Virus record (IMG/VR): IMGVR_UViG_3300030430_000907
Span: 1 to 58,357 of that record
Reading direction: 5' to 3' (one strand)
Origin: a virus
Taxonomy: Duplodnaviria; Caudoviricetes
Length of the DNA: 58,357 bases
Under the pieces are notes generated by a model. The model ran no database searches. It was not told where the DNA came from and saw only the letters and a program-made list of their open reading frames with translations. This document shows positions 56,594 to 58,357 of this stretch, one piece after another. The position numbers and the translations under genes were made by a program. Every line of letters begins with the position of its first letter. The first letter of the stretch is position 1.

Positions 56594-58357
56594 ATGGCAA
56601 CGTATGTAAACAATTTAAGATTAAAAGAAATAGCTACAGGTGATGAGGCTGGAACTTGGGGTGCTTCTACTAATACAAATTTAGAATTAGTTGGAGAAGG
56701 TTTAGGTTTTGGCACTGAGGCTATCACAACAAATGCAGATACTCATACATCTACTGTAGCTGATGGCTCAGCAGATGAGGCTAGAGCTATGTACATTAAA
56801 TATACAGGCACATTAGACAGTGCTTGTACTATAACAATAGGACCAAACACATTAAAAAGAGTTCACTTTATAGAGAATGGTACATCAGGTAGTCAAAACA
56901 TAATAATAAAACAAGGCTCTGGAGCTACAGTAACTATTGGTCCAGGAGATGTTAAGGTAGTTTATCTAGATGGTGCAGGCTCAGGTGCAGCAGTAAATGA
57001 TGCTTTTGCAAGCTTATCAACAGTAGATTTAAAAGTAGGTGATGATTTAACAGTTACAGATGATGCATCAGTGGGTGGTGATTTATTGGTGAGTGGTGAA
57101 GTGCAGACTGCTAATATAGGTTTTACCGATGGAGATAACGCTATCACAATAGCTGATGGCGGAGGTATAACAGCAGCAGCAGGAATCACATCCACTGCCG
57201 CATCTAACACATTTGGAGCAACATCTTTTAATGATGCCAATATAACTAACGTTGGTGATATTGCATTAGATAGTTTATCAGCAGATGGGTCTAGTATTTC
57301 AATAGCTAGTCCAGTTGTTATAAATGGTACAACACCTAGTTTAACTATAGGTGATGCAGGAGCAGAGGATACAAGTTTAGTCTTTGATGGCAATGCAAAA
57401 GATTTTTATGTGGGTCTTGATGACTCGGCTGATAAATTAGTCGTAGGTGTAGGCTCAACAGTAGGTACAAACTCAATACTAACTTTAGATGATGACTCAC
57501 TTGTTATAGGTGATGGAGCAGCAGTTGATACTTCCATTGTCTTTGATGGTAATGCTCAAGACTTTTATATTGCACTTGATGACTCTGCTGATGACTTATT
57601 AATAGGTAATGGCAGTACAGTAGGCTCTAATGTAGCTATCGGTATTAATGAAAGCCAAGTGGTGCAATTTAATGGAGCATATACATTTCCAACATCAGAT
57701 GGTAGTGCTGACCAAGTATTAAAAACAAATGGTAGTGGTGCATTATCTTTTGGCACAGTTTCTTCAGGCACAACAACAACTATTAATAACAATGCAGACA
57801 ATAGACTAATAACAGGAAGTGGCACAGCTAACACATTAGAAGGTGAGGCTAATGCTACATGGAATGGTAATACTCTTGCATTAACAGCAGGAGCAGGAAA
57901 TACAGGTATATCTCTTACAGATGGCTCAACTAACTATGGTTTTATTGGTGGTGGTAATGCTCTTAAATCAGGTGGTAGTGCCAATGACTTTTCATTTAGA
58001 ACCGACACTGGCTCTATAGACTTTTACACTAATGGTCAAAATTTAAGGTTTTCTCTTGAATCAAGTGGGCAAATTAACATGACTGATAATATATGTATGG
58101 GTACTACTTCACAAAGAGACAATGCTGTAATAACTGCTATAAAAGATGGTAATAATTCTGACGCTGTTTTAGATATGGACCATGGTACAGGTGATGCCTC
58201 ATTTTATAGATTTATAAAGTTTAGAAAGAAGAATGAATCTTCTGCTGTAGGTAGACTTGATGCAGATATAACAGGTAGCACTATGACACTTGCTTTTGAC
58301 TCTGATGGTAGATACAAAGATATTTTAGGTGATGCAGATGGTTTAAATCTTATATCA
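56594..58357 (+). CDS. Tail fibre protein, 3'-truncated (absent from ORF track)
   Basis: ATG 56594 MATYVNNLRLKEIATGDEAGTWG.STN.NL, open to the window end; the end matches the fibre at 1-1296. Confidence 0.88.
   Translation, partial: MATYVNNLRLKEIATGDEAGTWGASTNTNLELVGEGLGFGTEAITTNADTHTSTVADGSADEARAMYIKYTGTLDSACTITIGPNTLKRVHFIENGTSGSQNIIIKQGSGATVTIGPGDVKVVYLDGAGSGAAVNDAFASLSTVDLKVGDDLTVTDDASVGGDLLVSGEVQTANIGFTDGDNAITIADGGGITAAAGITSTAASNTFGATSFNDANITNVGDIALDSLSADGSSISIASPVVINGTTPSLTIGDAGAEDTSLVFDGNAKDFYVGLDDSADKLVVGVGSTVGTNSILTLDDDSLVIGDGAAVDTSIVFDGNAQDFYIALDDSADDLLIGNGSTVGSNVAIGINESQVVQFNGAYTFPTSDGSADQVLKTNGSGALSFGTVSSGTTTTINNNADNRLITGSGTANTLEGEANATWNGNTLALTAGAGNTGISLTDGSTNYGFIGGGNALKSGGSANDFSFRTDTGSIDFYTNGQNLRFSLESSGQINMTDNICMGTTSQRDNAVITAIKDGNNSDAVLDMDHGTGDASFYRFIKFRKKNESSAVGRLDADITGSTMTLAFDSDGRYKDILGDADGLNLIS
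57776..58357 (+). repeat. Imperfect direct repeat (582 nt), copy 2
   Basis: Colinear with 454-1035. Confidence 0.95.

Noticed and set aside
408-57834. Many short antisense ORFs in the track (e.g. 882-1175, 15901-16257, 21209-21628, 39905-40321, 47492-47989, 56962-57393)
   Set aside because: They lie opposite well-supported genes, lack RBSs and have shadow-frame composition
57776-58357. Direct terminal repeat proving a complete circular genome
   Set aside because: The match is to internal positions 454-1035, is imperfect, and the upstream sequences differ

Overview
Near-complete genome of an AT-rich tailed dsDNA phage with podovirus-like gene content, probably infecting a Gram-negative (likely marine) bacterium. 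The contig is broken inside a duplicated tail-fibre tip. The plus strand carries packaging, head, tail and ejection genes (terS, terL, portal, GroES, scaffold, major capsid, adaptors, tail fibres, a 3087-aa polyvalent protein) and a lysis region. Region 26.2-42.2 kb is mostly minus-strand early/middle genes (Sak-like annealase, SSB, exonuclease, AAA-DUF3150-vWA trio) plus a plus-strand primase-helicase. I saw no DNA polymerase, integrase, tRNA or CRISPR array. The main discovery is an RNA-level system in the leftward early operon (42.2 to 36.1 kb). Four hammerhead ribozymes (three type III, one type II with a pseudoknot) each sit just upstream of a ribosome-binding site, and three are preceded by a stable hairpin. 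They should cut the transcript into a ~440-nt structured leader RNA and discrete mRNAs, one with retrozyme-like ends that could circularise. The operon ends in an ART/Tpt1-like gene. A 22-bp palindrome also recurs about every 1-3 kb across the early region. All family assignments come from motif recognition by eye; no searches were run.
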